Positions 37,317 through 45,958 of a stretch of DNA of 64,000 nucleotides are shown piece after piece. The notes below the pieces were generated by a model. It had not been told where the DNA came from and made no database searches. It saw only the letters and a program-made list of their open reading frames with translations. The DNA lies in assembly GCA_018238155.1 (NCBI GenBank), contig JABCTZ010000036.1:192001-256000 (forward strand). Direction: 5' to 3'. The stretch is from Candidatus Heimdallarchaeota archaeon. Lineage in GTDB: Archaea > Asgardarchaeota > Heimdallarchaeia > JABLTI01. Within the stretch, counting starts at the first letter, position 1, and the number at the start of each line of letters is the position of its first letter. Position numbers and translations under genes: made by a program.

Positions 37317-38681
37317 GTGAACTATGTAACGAGGATACCAATAATGAGTGAAAAGAATCTCCTAACGAGTATTGCAATTATCGGGCACGTCGATCATGGA
37401 AAGTCTACCTTAATGGGGCATTTCCTTTTTGATATTGGCGCTGTTGATCCAAGAGTGATGAAGAAGCATGAGATGGATGCAGATGGATTAGGAATGTCCT
37501 CCTGGAAATGGGCATATGTTTTGGATGCATTTCCCGAAGAAAAAGAGAAAGGTAAAACTATGGATATTGCTTTTCGACGGTTTGAGATAGATAATCGTAA
37601 TTTTGTTATAATAGATAATCCCGGTCATCGTGACTTTACAAAGAATACCATTGCAGGATTAAGTACTGCAGATGCTTGTGTTCTTGTGATAAGTGCTGGA
37701 AGAGGAGAAATCGAAGCTGGTTTAGAACCTGGAAATGAGCAAACTCCATCTGGTCAAACACTTGAACATACTTTGATAGCTTCTGTATTAGGAATTAAAG
37801 ATGTCATTGTTGTAGTTAACAAAATGGATAGCGCTAAATACTCTGAAGAACGGTTCAATGAAAGTAAATCAATTTTAGTGGCATTTTTGAAAAAAATTCA
37901 AAGTCCTTGGATTAAAAATCTTGATACAATCCCATTCATCCCTATTAGTGGTCTTGATGGTGACAATCTAGTAAACAAAAGCGATAAAATGAATTGGTAC
38001 AAAGGTCCAACTTTGAAAGAAGCAATCGAGAAAATAAGTATGCCAGAAGATTTGACAAAAAAAGACCTTCGATTAGTTATTTATGATGCTTTTCAAGAAC
38101 CAGGTCAAGGTTTAGTTGGTTATGGTAGAATAATAAGTGGTAAGATGAAAGTAAATGATCGAATAGTTGTTGCTCCTGGAACAAGATCTGGTACAGTTAA
38201 AACCATTTGGGATGAAGAAGAAGAAGTTCCTGAAGCAGGAGGAGGTATGGATGTTTCATTTCTTATCAAAGGAACTGCTGAGGAAGATATTAGGAGAGGC
38301 GCAGTAATTGGTTTAGCTGAGAAGCAACCACCTTCAAAACCAAAAATTCAAGTAAGGTTACTTTATTTAGGATTACAACCATTAGTTCTTGGAAATATCG
38401 CCATTTTACATGTTGGGTCTGATCATGTTGAAGCTGAATTGGAATCCATTGTAAAAATACACAGAACGAATCCCAAATTCAAGAATACTCTTCGAGAAAT
38501 CGAAGATAAAACTATAATGATATTCAATGAAGAAGTGGCCAGTGTAATTCTTCAGGTAAAAAGTCCTATTGTTGCTGAAAAACAATCTGAAATACCAAAA
38601 CTCGGACGAGTTATTCTCAGAAAGAAAGGACGAGTAATAGCTGCTGCTATTGTTGAAGATATATTAGATGCTGAAAATTAA
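37317..38681 (+). CDS. EF1A-family translational GTPase, divergent paralogue (eRF3/Hbs1-like features)
   Basis: GHVDHGKST, EEKEKGKTMD, DNPGHRDF, NKMD, PISG; domains II/III, LGRVILR. Confidence 0.85.
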   Translation: MNYVTRIPIMSEKNLLTSIAIIGHVDHGKSTLMGHFLFDIGAVDPRVMKKHEMDADGLGMSSWKWAYVLDAFPEEKEKGKTMDIAFRRFEIDNRNFVIIDNPGHRDFTKNTIAGLSTADACVLVISAGRGEIEAGLEPGNEQTPSGQTLEHTLIASVLGIKDVIVVVNKMDSAKYSEERFNESKSILVAFLKKIQSPWIKNLDTIPFIPISGLDGDNLVNKSDKMNWYKGPTLKEAIEKISMPEDLTKKDLRLVIYDAFQEPGQGLVGYGRIISGKMKVNDRIVVAPGTRSGTVKTIWDEEEEVPEAGGGMDVSFLIKGTAEEDIRRGAVIGLAEKQPPSKPKIQVRLLYLGLQPLVLGNIAILHVGSDHVEAELESIVKIHRTNPKFKNTLREIEDKTIMIFNEEVASVILQVKSPIVAEKQSEIPKLGRVILRKKGRVIAAAIVEDILDAEN

Positions 38682-39567
38682 TCTGCAGTGTAAGATGGAT
38701 GAAGATAATATGACAAATAACCGAAAAGATAATTCTTTTATCGATCTACATCTTCATACAAAAGCATCTGATGGTACTTTTTCTCCAAGTGAAATGGTTG
38801 AATATGCTAAATCAAAAAATATTGTTGCTGTAGCAATAACGGATCACGATACTGTTGCGGGAGTCGAAGAAGGATTAATAGCTGGGAAAAAAATGGGTAT
38901 TGAAGTAATTCCTGGTATAGAATTTTCCACAGAAATTGATCAAATAAGTTTTCATATTGTTGGTTTATTTGTGGATCATAAAGATAAAACTTTACTTGAA
39001 CTTACAAAGCAAATTCAAAATGCTCGAAAGAATCGGGCAATAATGATAATTGAAAAAGTGAATGCACTAAATATAGGACCAAAAATTACTCTACAAGAGG
39101 TTGAAGCGCTTGCTAGTGGATTGATCGGCAGACCTCACATTGCAACAGTAATGATTGAAAAAGGCTACGCAAAAGCAATGGATGAAGTATTTAGCAAATT
39201 CTTAGAACGTGGTGCATCTTGTTATGTTCCTCGTTTTAAATTAAGACCTCAAGAAGCAGTTAGTATTATTGCTAAAATGAAAGCAATACCTATTTTGGCA
39301 CATCCGGGATTTATTCCCAAGGGATTCAATTTTGATGAATTCTTAGAGGATCTAAAGAAATTTGGTTTAGCTGGCATTGAAGTTATTTATCCTTCGCATT
39401 CTATAGAACAAAGAAACTTCTTTAGACAATTGGCAAAGAAATTTGATTTATTAGAAAGTGGTGGAAGTGATTGCCATGGAAAACTAGGTGGTGGTCCTTA
39501 TATTGGTAGAACAAAAATACCCTATTATTGCTTACAAAAAATGAAAGTTCGATTTGGAAAAAAATAG
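38668..39567 (+). CDS. PHP-domain phosphoesterase (YciV/TrpH, RNase AM-like)
   Basis: DLHLHTKASDG, AITDHDT, GIEFS, HIVG, GRPHIA, LAHP, GGSDCHG. Confidence 0.92.
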   Translation: MLKINLQCKMDEDNMTNNRKDNSFIDLHLHTKASDGTFSPSEMVEYAKSKNIVAVAITDHDTVAGVEEGLIAGKKMGIEVIPGIEFSTEIDQISFHIVGLFVDHKDKTLLELTKQIQNARKNRAIMIIEKVNALNIGPKITLQEVEALASGLIGRPHIATVMIEKGYAKAMDEVFSKFLERGASCYVPRFKLRPQEAVSIIAKMKAIPILAHPGFIPKGFNFDEFLEDLKKFGLAGIEVIYPSHSIEQRNFFRQLAKKFDLLESGGSDCHGKLGGGPYIGRTKIPYYCLQKMKVRFGKK

Positions 39568-39569
39568 CT

Positions 39570-40427
39570 CTAAATAACTTCTTTTCTAACAACTATTAGA
39601 ATTTCTTCTCCAGCATCAAGTAAACCCGTGTGCTTTGCAAAAACAGTTTCAATTCGGAGCAATGTATTCCAAGCTTCTTCTTTTTCCATAATGTAATTGA
39701 TAGGATCGATTTGATTATTGGTTATGGGATTTAAAGCCATTATTTCGAGAATTTCACATCGAGATTTAATTGCTAATTCAATAAGCTCCTTACTGCTAAA
39801 CCCATAGTAAAGAGGTTCTTCAGGAAATTCTTCATATTGCTTATAGTTTGTGTCAATCAATTCCCAAAGACCTGCTTTTGTTGCATCTTCTAGTAAATCA
39901 AATCTACCTTTTTTGATTATTTCCCGAAAATATTGAGCTTTAGTTTTTACGCTAAGAATTATAGGCGAACCAACTTTAGCAACTCGAGTTAATTCTTTCA
40001 TTAATTTATGTCGCCGCTCACAAGAATATGACAATGTGCCTGATAAACAAATGACCAAATCAAAAGTATCATCATCAAAGAGTTCAAGATTTCCCAAATC
40101 TTCTAGCAGAGCAAATTGATCGATTTTATCTGAAATACCATATTTATCGAATTTCTCTCGAGTAAGTTGGAGCTGATCTTCTGAAATATCTCCAATGATT
40201 AATCGTCGATTGTTCTGAGCAATTTTTAATGAGAAATTTCCCGGATCAAATCCCACATCTAATATCAGCGAATCTTCGGGAGGAAGATACTGATGAATAA
40301 CTTTCATAATAAGCTCAAATTGAAGTAATTTGTAGGCACTTTCACCTGCATGAGAAATCCAGCCTTTCGCACCTTTTTTCTTGAGAAAATTCTTCAGTAT
40401 GTCTTTATTATATGCCAATTTCTCCAT
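39570..40427 (-). CDS. Class I SAM-dependent methyltransferase-fold protein
   Basis: ILDVGFDPG, GDISEDQL, FDDDTFDLVICL, ELTRVAKVG. Confidence 0.75.
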   Translation of the reverse strand: MEKLAYNKDILKNFLKKKGAKGWISHAGESAYKLLQFELIMKVIHQYLPPEDSLILDVGFDPGNFSLKIAQNNRRLIIGDISEDQLQLTREKFDKYGISDKIDQFALLEDLGNLELFDDDTFDLVICLSGTLSYSCERRHKLMKELTRVAKVGSPIILSVKTKAQYFREIIKKGRFDLLEDATKAGLWELIDTNYKQYEEFPEEPLYYGFSSKELIELAIKSRCEILEIMALNPITNNQIDPINYIMEKEEAWNTLLRIETVFAKHTGLLDAGEEILIVVRKEVI

Positions 40428-40508
40428 CCACCGATTGTTATAATATATTGAAGACCACTACACTTAAAATTATCTCTCTCTTTTTAGTAGTAAAATGAGG
40501 TTTTATTC

Positions 40509-41042
40509 TTGAATACAAATAAGAAAAATCAAACAAGTAGAAAGCGTCCAAATGTTCATCAATATTTTACTGCAATGGCGGAATTGGTTTCCACAAGATC
40601 AACTTGCTTAAGACGGCAATTTGGATGTGTTATTATTCAAAATGGCCACGCAATTTCTACTGGATACAATGGTGCTCCAAAAGGCATGCCTCACTGTACT
40701 GATATTGGTTGTTTGCGGGATGATTTAAAAATTCCAAGTGGGACGAAACATGAGATATGCAGAGGTGTACATGCTGAACAGAATGCAATAATTCAGTGCG
40801 CAATACATGGTGAATCAACAAAGGATGCTATCTTGTATATAACGGGTTATCCTTGTAAGATTTGTTCAAAAATGATTATCAATGCAATGATAAAACAAGT
40901 TGTTATATCAGGCAGCTATTCTGATACCGAAGGCATTGATCTTATGAAAGAAGCTGGTGTGGAATTAATTTTTATGGACAAACCTGCAAAAGAAATACTT
41001 GATTATGTTATACAATTGAAGGAATCTTGGCAAAGGAAATAA
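40509..41042 (+). CDS. dCMP deaminase (ComEB family)
   Basis: RSTCLRRQFG, TGYNGAP, HAEQNAI, PCKIC. Confidence 0.93.
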   Translation: MNTNKKNQTSRKRPNVHQYFTAMAELVSTRSTCLRRQFGCVIIQNGHAISTGYNGAPKGMPHCTDIGCLRDDLKIPSGTKHEICRGVHAEQNAIIQCAIHGESTKDAILYITGYPCKICSKMIINAMIKQVVISGSYSDTEGIDLMKEAGVELIFMDKPAKEILDYVIQLKESWQRK

Positions 41043-41063
41043 GTAAAATAAGAAAGTGGAATT

Positions 41064-41471
41064 TCAACCTAAAATTGATCCAAATAATTCTAAATGGCTT
41101 TTTGTTCGGATGAAAATTACCGGAATTTCGTTCTTTCTGAGTTTATAGCGTAATTCTCTATCATTTGTAACTACAATACAAAATGGTTTATTCTCAATTG
41201 CATATTGAATAATTCTATCGTCAACAAATCTGATATTTTTCGGACTGTATTCTATGATTTGAAATCTTTCCAAGAATTTCAAAGCAAAAGCTGTTTGTCT
41301 AGCTAATTTTGGTGTTCTTTTTGAAAGACGATTTAATTCATCAATACAACATGAAAGGAAAATGATGGTATGTTTTTGAGGAACTAATCGCTCTAATTCT
41401 GATTGAAGATTAAATTTACTATCCATTATAAGTATCGGAATGTTAGTATCTAAAACGATTTGTAATTCCAA
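41064..41471 (-). CDS. PIN-domain protein (Fcf1/Utp24-like)
   Basis: IVLDTN, IDEL, VDDRI, VVTNDRELR; conserved position after aIF2-gamma. Confidence 0.88.
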   Translation of the reverse strand: MELQIVLDTNIPILIMDSKFNLQSELERLVPQKHTIIFLSCCIDELNRLSKRTPKLARQTAFALKFLERFQIIEYSPKNIRFVDDRIIQYAIENKPFCIVVTNDRELRYKLRKNEIPVIFIRTKSHLELFGSILG

Positions 41472-41515
41472 AAGGAATTCCCTCAGAAAATAATTAGCTA
41501 AAAAGAATAAATAGT

Positions 41516-42925
41516 TTATTGGACTAAACCAAATCCAATAAGTCTAAATCTCCCTTCAAGACGTCTGGAGATAGCAACTCGTGTTCCTTTCTCTGCACAT
41601 ACAAGCCGATCAAGTTTAACAGTTATATTCTTTCCTTTAAGACTACTAATTTGACCGAGAGTTATTGCCGTCCAAACATTCAACATCAGTTGTTCTCCAA
41701 CTGCAAGATTTTTCACTTTCGTCTTTTTATCGAGTCCTACAACAAAGTCCATCAAGTTAATTGAAAGCTCAATATATTCAATTACTGGAGGTAGTTTATC
41801 TGGTTTTCCAATAATATTTCCAACTAAACTATCTGCTTTGGTGACTGCGGGATCAATATCTGTCCCTATGGACATTAATCCACCTGGTTTTGCTTCTTTA
41901 ACTTTACCGAGAGTTCCTGCATGGATAGAAATGACTTTGGTTTTAATGGATTCAACCTTTCGGCCTGAACGAATACCTGGTCGAATTTCAATATCATCTC
42001 CTTCTTTTAGGATGCCACAAATTATTGAACCACCTAAAACACCCCCAAGCAAATCTTCTGGAATTGTTCCAGGTTTGTTTACTTCAAAGGAACGAGCGAC
42101 AAACATTCGTGGCTCAACTTTTTCATCTCGTTTTGGTGTTTTGATAATTTTTTCAATAGTTTCAATAAGAAGATCGAGATTTACTCCATGAATAGCACTC
42201 ATTGGAATGATGGGTGCTCCTTCAGCAACAGTTCCTTTTACAAATTTAATAATATCATTGTAACTTTCAAGTGCTTGTTCTTCAGTTACAAGTTCGATTT
42301 TATTTTGAACAATAATAATATTCTGTATTCCTACAGCATCCATTGCCGCGAGATGTTCTCGTGTTTGTGCTTGAGGACAAAACTCATTTGCAGCGATGAC
42401 TAAAATAGCACCATCAAAAATTGCTGCACCTGTAAGTAGAGTTGCCATTAAAACTTCGTGACCGGGAGCATCTACAAAAGAAATTCTGCGACTTACTTTT
42501 GTTTCTGCTTGGCATTTTGGACAAGTTGTCTCAGTTGACCATTTGTTTGTACCAGTACATTTTGGACAATAACGTGTATCAGTATCAGCGTATCCAAGCC
42601 TAATAGTTATACCACGTTTAAGTTCTTCAGAATGAGTGTCTGGGAAGGTTCCAGTTAAAGCCTTCACAAGAGTTGATTTACCATGGTCAACATGACCAAT
42701 GGTTCCAATATTGATCTCAGCTTGATTTCCTGTAGAATATTCTTCAGTCTCAACAACCACATCAGTTTTCTTTGATTTTTTCGTCGTTTTTGAGGAAGCT
42801 TTCTTCTTTTTTGAAGCAGTGCTAGCCTTCTTTGTTGGTTTCTTACTGCTAGCTTTTTTCTCAGTTTCAGCTTTCTCGTTAGCAATATTTGTTTCTTCAT
42901 TATCTGAGGTGGTTTCTTTAGACAA
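41516..42925 (-). CDS. eif2g: Translation initiation factor aIF2 gamma subunit with Lys-rich N-terminal extension
   Basis: NIGTIGHVDHGKST, EELKRGITIRLGYA, Zn knuckle, DAPGHE, QNKIE, ARSFEVNKPG, RFRLIGFG. Confidence 0.96.
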   Translation of the reverse strand: MSKETTSDNEETNIANEKAETEKKASSKKPTKKASTASKKKKASSKTTKKSKKTDVVVETEEYSTGNQAEINIGTIGHVDHGKSTLVKALTGTFPDTHSEELKRGITIRLGYADTDTRYCPKCTGTNKWSTETTCPKCQAETKVSRRISFVDAPGHEVLMATLLTGAAIFDGAILVIAANEFCPQAQTREHLAAMDAVGIQNIIIVQNKIELVTEEQALESYNDIIKFVKGTVAEGAPIIPMSAIHGVNLDLLIETIEKIIKTPKRDEKVEPRMFVARSFEVNKPGTIPEDLLGGVLGGSIICGILKEGDDIEIRPGIRSGRKVESIKTKVISIHAGTLGKVKEAKPGGLMSIGTDIDPAVTKADSLVGNIIGKPDKLPPVIEYIELSINLMDFVVGLDKKTKVKNLAVGEQLMLNVWTAITLGQISSLKGKNITVKLDRLVCAEKGTRVAISRRLEGRFRLIGFGLVQ

Positions 42926-42932
42926 AACGATT

Positions 42933-43319
42933 CTATTCTCCAGTAGTAATCAATTCTTCAATTTTCTTTTTGCCCATCGTAACGATTTTCATATTGATTT
43001 GATAAATTTCATCACTAATGGTGTTTCCTCTCACTAACTTCCTCTTTTTTAATCCCTTTACAGTGATTCTAAACCCTTGGCTTTTAGTTGTGAGGATTTT
43101 CTTTCTGATTGGTCCGTCAAGGTTGCTTTTCATTGGGAAACCATCTTTATCGCTTCCGCCTGTAATCTTGAACACATATCCCGGATATCCGAGTGGGGTG
43201 CCATCAAATTCTTCACTAATTTTTTTACCAATTAATGGATTGGCTTTTGCGCCTTCAATAACTGTTTTGTAGCTTTTCCCGGATGCTGGGTCACCAATGT
43301 TTAGTTGGAATTTTGCCAA
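42933..43319 (-). CDS. rps6e: 30S ribosomal protein S6e
   Basis: KITGGSDKDGFPM, RKLVRGNTISDEIYQINMKI. Confidence 0.96.
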   Translation of the reverse strand: MAKFQLNIGDPASGKSYKTVIEGAKANPLIGKKISEEFDGTPLGYPGYVFKITGGSDKDGFPMKSNLDGPIRKKILTTKSQGFRITVKGLKKRKLVRGNTISDEIYQINMKIVTMGKKKIEELITTGE

Positions 43320-43452
43320 TTAAGATTTCTCCATGTAATTTAATGATTGATAGTCTCACAATCACTAATCTCTACTCGATTTCGGTTAAAAATGCTATAT
43401 ATATTTTCCGATGGTTCTTTTTCTATTTTAGAACAAGGAAATTTCTGTTCAT

Positions 43453-44388
43453 CTAATATCCATTATTTATCATAATATTTCTTAGAATATCGTTGTAGTG
43501 ATATTTTTCACCGATGATTTCCTTTATTTCTGAATAGTATTTTTGTAATAAAGAAGGCATTGCTTTTGTAGCAAAAAGCTTTCTAATAGCTTGAATTCTA
43601 TCTCTGAATTTTGCTGCACCTTCAAAATTCTCGGCAGCAATTTCTATTTGCATCATTTCTTCGAGACGTTTAATTACTCTTTCACCATTATTCTCTAATT
43701 CAGCAATGAACTCCTTAACATACCCATTGTATTGTTGAAAATCATAGTCACCATTTCTACAAGGAGCTAAACAACGATTGATTTGATGACGAATACATGA
43801 TACTGGATATTTACTCCCAAGAGTAATTGTAAGAAGAGAGTTACAGATAGGAATTACTGTCAAAAAACCATCCATAGCAATGTCTATGTCAGAGGCAATA
43901 TTAAATGGACCAAAGATATAACTTTCGGGAAGAAGAGATTGGTAGCTCGTAAGAACTCTAGGAATTTCTTCACCAATTGTCACTTCAATAAAGGGATATC
44001 TCCATACATGCTTGTTTAATTCAGGACGAAAAGCTGAGATCAAACATCCTTCCAATGTTAGGGCTTCATCATCATTTCCGGTAATGATATATTTGATTTT
44101 CTTAGTTAATTTTCTGATTTTTGTCTTCTTTTTTCGTTGTTTATTGTAAATAATTGAAGGTAAATTTTCTATATGTTTTATTTGAAAGTCCCACGTGGTA
44201 ATAGCTTTTGATGTTTCTTTGGTCTTTAGGTTCACTTTTTTGAAAACTTTCATTGGTCCTTTACGAAAATGATCAGTAACTCTGCGTTTGAGGTTCACTG
44301 CTTTGCCTATGTAAATTATTCTGTCTTTATCATCTAGGAAAAAATAGACACCAGTTTCTACAGGAATCTCTTTGATTAAATCGATCAT
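43453..44388 (-). CDS. UvrC N-terminal-like (Cho-like) GIY-YIG endonuclease with UVR domain
   Basis: GVYFF...IIYIGKAVNLKRRV, ALTLEGCLI...PELN, C..CIRHQINRCLAPC, ENFEGAAKFRDRI; lacks RNase H and HhH domains. Confidence 0.85.
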   Translation of the reverse strand: MIDLIKEIPVETGVYFFLDDKDRIIYIGKAVNLKRRVTDHFRKGPMKVFKKVNLKTKETSKAITTWDFQIKHIENLPSIIYNKQRKKKTKIRKLTKKIKYIITGNDDEALTLEGCLISAFRPELNKHVWRYPFIEVTIGEEIPRVLTSYQSLLPESYIFGPFNIASDIDIAMDGFLTVIPICNSLLTITLGSKYPVSCIRHQINRCLAPCRNGDYDFQQYNGYVKEFIAELENNGERVIKRLEEMMQIEIAAENFEGAAKFRDRIQAIRKLFATKAMPSLLQKYYSEIKEIIGEKYHYNDILRNIMINNGY

Positions 44389-44567
44389 TGGTAAGAAACA
44401 CCATTTACAATGCTTTTCTTTTGGAAAGAGGAAATATAAAACTAATTAATATAATTGTAAACTCGAAAATCAATGTGTCCAACAATTTTATTAAGACGCG
44501 CTGATGGTTTTTAAGCGAAGAAATTTTATCATTTCTGATAAATTAATAAAAATTAGAGGAAATAATT

Positions 44568-45827
44568 ATGCCAAGTTCAAAAGAACTCATTGAAATGGAT
44601 AACCTATACGGAGCACACAACTACCATCCGATTCCAGTTGTTATCTCCAAAGCAGAAGGTGTTTGGGTTTACGACCCAGAAGGAAAAAAATATCTGGATT
44701 GCTTATCAGCATATTCCAGTCATAATACAGGACACAGACATCCTGAAATCATTAAAGCACTTAAAGAGCAAGCGGATTTAGTTACACTTACTTCTCGTGC
44801 TTTTCACAATGATAAAATGGGTCCTTTCTTAAAGAAACTCTGTGAAGTAGTAGGACCACATGTTAGTGATCCTAAAAAATCTGGTATTATGGCTCTTCCA
44901 ATGAATACTGGTGCAGAAGCTGTTGAAACTGGTTTGAAAGTAGCTCGAGCATGGGGTTACATAAAGAAGAAAATACCAAAAGATAAAGCACAAATAATTG
45001 TTTGTAGAGACAATTTTCATGGGAGAACAATAACAATTGTTGGTTTTAGTACTGATATTAGCCATGGAAGATATTTTGGAAATTTCGGTCCTTTCACTCC
45101 AGGTTTTACTACTGTCTCCTATGGTAATGCAGAAGAATTAGAAAATACTATTTTAGAACTTGGACCTGAGAATGTTGCAGGGTTCTTATTTGAACCACTC
45201 CAAGGAGAAGCAGGAGTTATAGTTCCTGTTGAAGGTTTTATGACGAAAGCTAGAGAAATCTGTACAAAATATAATGTATTAATGATTGCAGACGAAATCC
45301 AATCAGGTCTATGTCGTACAGGAAAACTCTTTGCTGTAGATCATGAAGATGTTAAGCCTGATATGTTCTTATTAGGAAAAGCTCTTGGTGGTGGTGTCTA
45401 TCCTGTTTCTGCTGTGGTTGCAACTACTGATGTAATGGGTCCTGAAATTATTTCTCCAGGTGTGCATGGAAGCACTTTTGGTGGAAATCCATTAGGTTCT
45501 GTTGTAGGAATCAAGTCTCTCGAGATTCTCATCGAAGAAAAATTAGCCGAGAAATCAGAAGAGATGGGCAAATACTTCAGAAAAGGCTTGCGGAAAATTG
45601 CTGCAATGAAAACCAAAGTACCTATCATTGATGTTCGTGGTAAAGGATTACTAATTGCCATAGAAATAATTGGTAAAGCGCGACCTATCACAGAAGGAAT
45701 GATGAAGAAAGGTTTACTAGCAAAAGAGACACACGATACAATAATTCGATTTGCTCCACCTTTGGTCATAACAAAAGAAGAAATAGATTGGGCATTAAAG
45801 ATTATTGAAGAAGTATTTACAAAGTAA
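44568..45827 (+). CDS. rocD: Ornithine--oxo-acid aminotransferase
   Basis: GAHNYHPIPVV, LSAYS, LTSRAFHND, PMNTGAEAVET, NFHGRT, EPLQGEAG, DEIQSG, LGKALGGG, HGSTFGGNP. Confidence 0.94.
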   Translation: MPSSKELIEMDNLYGAHNYHPIPVVISKAEGVWVYDPEGKKYLDCLSAYSSHNTGHRHPEIIKALKEQADLVTLTSRAFHNDKMGPFLKKLCEVVGPHVSDPKKSGIMALPMNTGAEAVETGLKVARAWGYIKKKIPKDKAQIIVCRDNFHGRTITIVGFSTDISHGRYFGNFGPFTPGFTTVSYGNAEELENTILELGPENVAGFLFEPLQGEAGVIVPVEGFMTKAREICTKYNVLMIADEIQSGLCRTGKLFAVDHEDVKPDMFLLGKALGGGVYPVSAVVATTDVMGPEIISPGVHGSTFGGNPLGSVVGIKSLEILIEEKLAEKSEEMGKYFRKGLRKIAAMKTKVPIIDVRGKGLLIAIEIIGKARPITEGMMKKGLLAKETHDTIIRFAPPLVITKEEIDWALKIIEEVFTK

Positions 45828-45958
45828 GTACCTAAACTTACTTCAATTTTTCTTTTTTTTAAAGCATTCTTTGTTCTATTTTGGTTCACTTTTTTTGAAC
45901 GGGTATCTATAAGAGATGTTTCACAGTTTAGAGTCTTATCATTAAAAAAGAGGGCTTT

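Noticed and set aside
37317-38681. Canonical EF-1alpha (tuf), SelB or CysN
   Set aside because: Switch I lacks RGITI, there is no SelB C-terminal extension or cysD neighbour, and it is not in a ribosomal operon; left as a divergent paralogue without a gene symbol
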